In this document: piece after piece, positions 25,729 to 26,915 of the stretch | Position numbering within the stretch: the stretch's first letter is position 1 | How the letters are laid out: each line of letters opens with the position of its first letter | Source of the DNA: Planctomycetota bacterium | Lineage (GTDB): Bacteria > Planctomycetota > SZUA-567 > H5-PLA8 | Assembly (NCBI GenBank): GCA_045863855.1 | Contig: BTVV01000081.1 | Coordinates: 1 to 26,915 of the forward strand | Length of the DNA: 26,915 bases | Reading direction: 5' to 3' | Notes under the pieces: model-generated | Databases searched by the model: none | Told to the model about the DNA's origin: nothing | What the model saw: only the letters and a program-made list of their open reading frames with translations | Program-made: the position numbers and the translations under genes

Positions 25729-26915
25729 ATGCGAATCCACACGGTGCTTGGCCTCTGGACCTTGAGCGCCCTCGCGCTCGGCGCATTGCACGCCGGCGAA
25801 GCCGCTTTCTCGGCGCCGCCCGCGGCGAAGAAGCAGGGCGATAAGCTCCTGGTGAGCTTCGGCGTCGCGAAGAGCACCGATGTCGAAGTCGCGATCCTGA
25901 ACGCGAAGGGCGAGGCCGTGCGGCATCTGGCGGCGGGCGTGCTGGGCGGAGCAAAAGCGCCGCCGGAACCGCTCAAGCCGGGGCTGACCCAGACCCTCGA
26001 GTGGGACGGCAAGGACGATTTCGGCAAGCCGGCCGCGGGCGGGCCGTTCAAGGCGCGCGTACGTGCGGGAACTCGGGCCAAATTCGGGCGCATGATCGGC
26101 GAAGATCCCTACACCTTCGGTTCCGTGGACGGACTGGCCTGCGACGAAGAAGGCAACTTGTACATCAGTTCGTACCAAGGCACGCACAACCAGGGCGCGC
26201 GAACGGTGCGGGTCTACGACGGCCAGGGCCGTTACCTGCGCGAGATTGCGCCTTTCCCTTCCAAGCTGCTGCCCGATGCCATGAAGAACGTGGCGCGTTG
26301 GGACGCCGAAGCCAAGGTCTGGCGCCCGACAAACTATTCCTGTCTGAATCCGGATTTCTACGGCAGCCCCAGCGCCTCGCTGGTCGCAGCGTCGCAGTCG
26401 AATGGCGTATTCTTCGCCGATCAGCACGACGTCTACGCGCTCAACGCGGACGGCAGCGTCAAAGGCGCGGCATTCGGAACCAAGCAGAAGCCCTGGCCGG
26501 TCTTCGACGCCACCAACGGCGAGAAGAACCACTACGGGCATCCGTGGCATTATCACGAAGGCGTGGCCTGCTACGCGGCTTCGCCCGACGGCAAATGGCT
26601 GTACCTCACCGGCCCCGTGCCCAACAAGGACAAGCGCAAGACCGAAGACCCGCGCTTTCCGCTGGGCGGCGTCTACCGCATGCGCCTCGACGGGAAGGAC
26701 GAAATGAAGCTCTTTGTCTCGCTGCCGATCGGCTTCGACGGTTCGTGGTGGAAGGACGGCTTCAAAATCTATGGGCGCACGGGGCCGATTCATTTCGTCG
26801 GCTGCGATGCCAAGAACAACGTCTACGTGCCGGACCGGGACAAAAATCGCGTGGTCGTCTTCTCCGAAGTCGGCAAACAGATCGGTGAAGTGGCGGTTAC
26901 GAATCCGCATCAGAT
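25729..26915 (+). CDS. Secreted FlgD-Ig-like plus NHL-repeat protein (partial, runs off the window; absent from the ORF track)
   Basis: GGAGGAG RBS. Translates MRIHTVLGLWTLSALALGALHAGE...DVEVAILNAKGEAVRHLAAGVLG...LEWDGKDDFGKP...GLACDEEGNLYI...VRVYDGQGRYLREI...NNVYVPDRDKNRVVVF. Confidence 0.85.
   Translation, partial: MRIHTVLGLWTLSALALGALHAGEAAFSAPPAAKKQGDKLLVSFGVAKSTDVEVAILNAKGEAVRHLAAGVLGGAKAPPEPLKPGLTQTLEWDGKDDFGKPAAGGPFKARVRAGTRAKFGRMIGEDPYTFGSVDGLACDEEGNLYISSYQGTHNQGARTVRVYDGQGRYLREIAPFPSKLLPDAMKNVARWDAEAKVWRPTNYSCLNPDFYGSPSASLVAASQSNGVFFADQHDVYALNADGSVKGAAFGTKQKPWPVFDATNGEKNHYGHPWHYHEGVACYAASPDGKWLYLTGPVPNKDKRKTEDPRFPLGGVYRMRLDGKDEMKLFVSLPIGFDGSWWKDGFKIYGRTGPIHFVGCDAKNNVYVPDRDKNRVVVFSEVGKQIGEVAVTNPHQ

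Noticed and set aside
25447..26910. 487-aa minus-strand ORF and the 26001-26888 plus ORF
   Set aside because: The real gene is the unlisted plus frame from ATG 25729, which has an RBS, signal peptide and FlgD-Ig/NHL motifs.
1..26915. CRISPR array, DGR/retron, toxin-antitoxin or defence system
   Set aside because: No repeat-spacer array, reverse transcriptase, cas, nuclease or template/variable repeat pair seen.

Overview
High-GC bacterial DNA, most likely Planctomycetota/PVC. This is inferred from the planctomycete-type omega subunit, a stand-alone CoaC, a membrane Ser/Thr kinase with a LamG domain, and PQQ-propeller and FlgD-Ig/NHL secreted proteins. The left part holds a D-2-hydroxyacid dehydrogenase, a CAP-domain protein, an SGNH hydrolase, a sulfatase, a CDF transporter, gmk-rpoZ-coaC, a J-domain/TPR protein and mnmE. 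The centre is a ~6.2-kb island bounded by an intact tRNA-Cys(GCA) gene (17296-17371, minus) and a 46-bp displaced copy of its 3' half (11089-11134, 44/46 identical). The island has short TTGGCG repeats at both ends but no intact integrase. Its cargo is a secreted methyltransferase-like/double beta-propeller protein, an AraC regulator and a divergent alpha/alpha-toroid-like protein. The right part holds a DUF1961-like protein, a low-GC zinc-ribbon micro-ORF, a 1477-aa Ser/Thr kinase, and a propeller / GntR-LacI regulator / FlgD-Ig-NHL cluster that runs off the window. Other points of note are a compositionally mosaic SGNH gene, a Ser-type cytoplasmic sulfatase, a MITE-like insert between rpoZ and coaC, and probable leaderless transcripts. 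All family calls come from motif recognition by eye; no searches were run.
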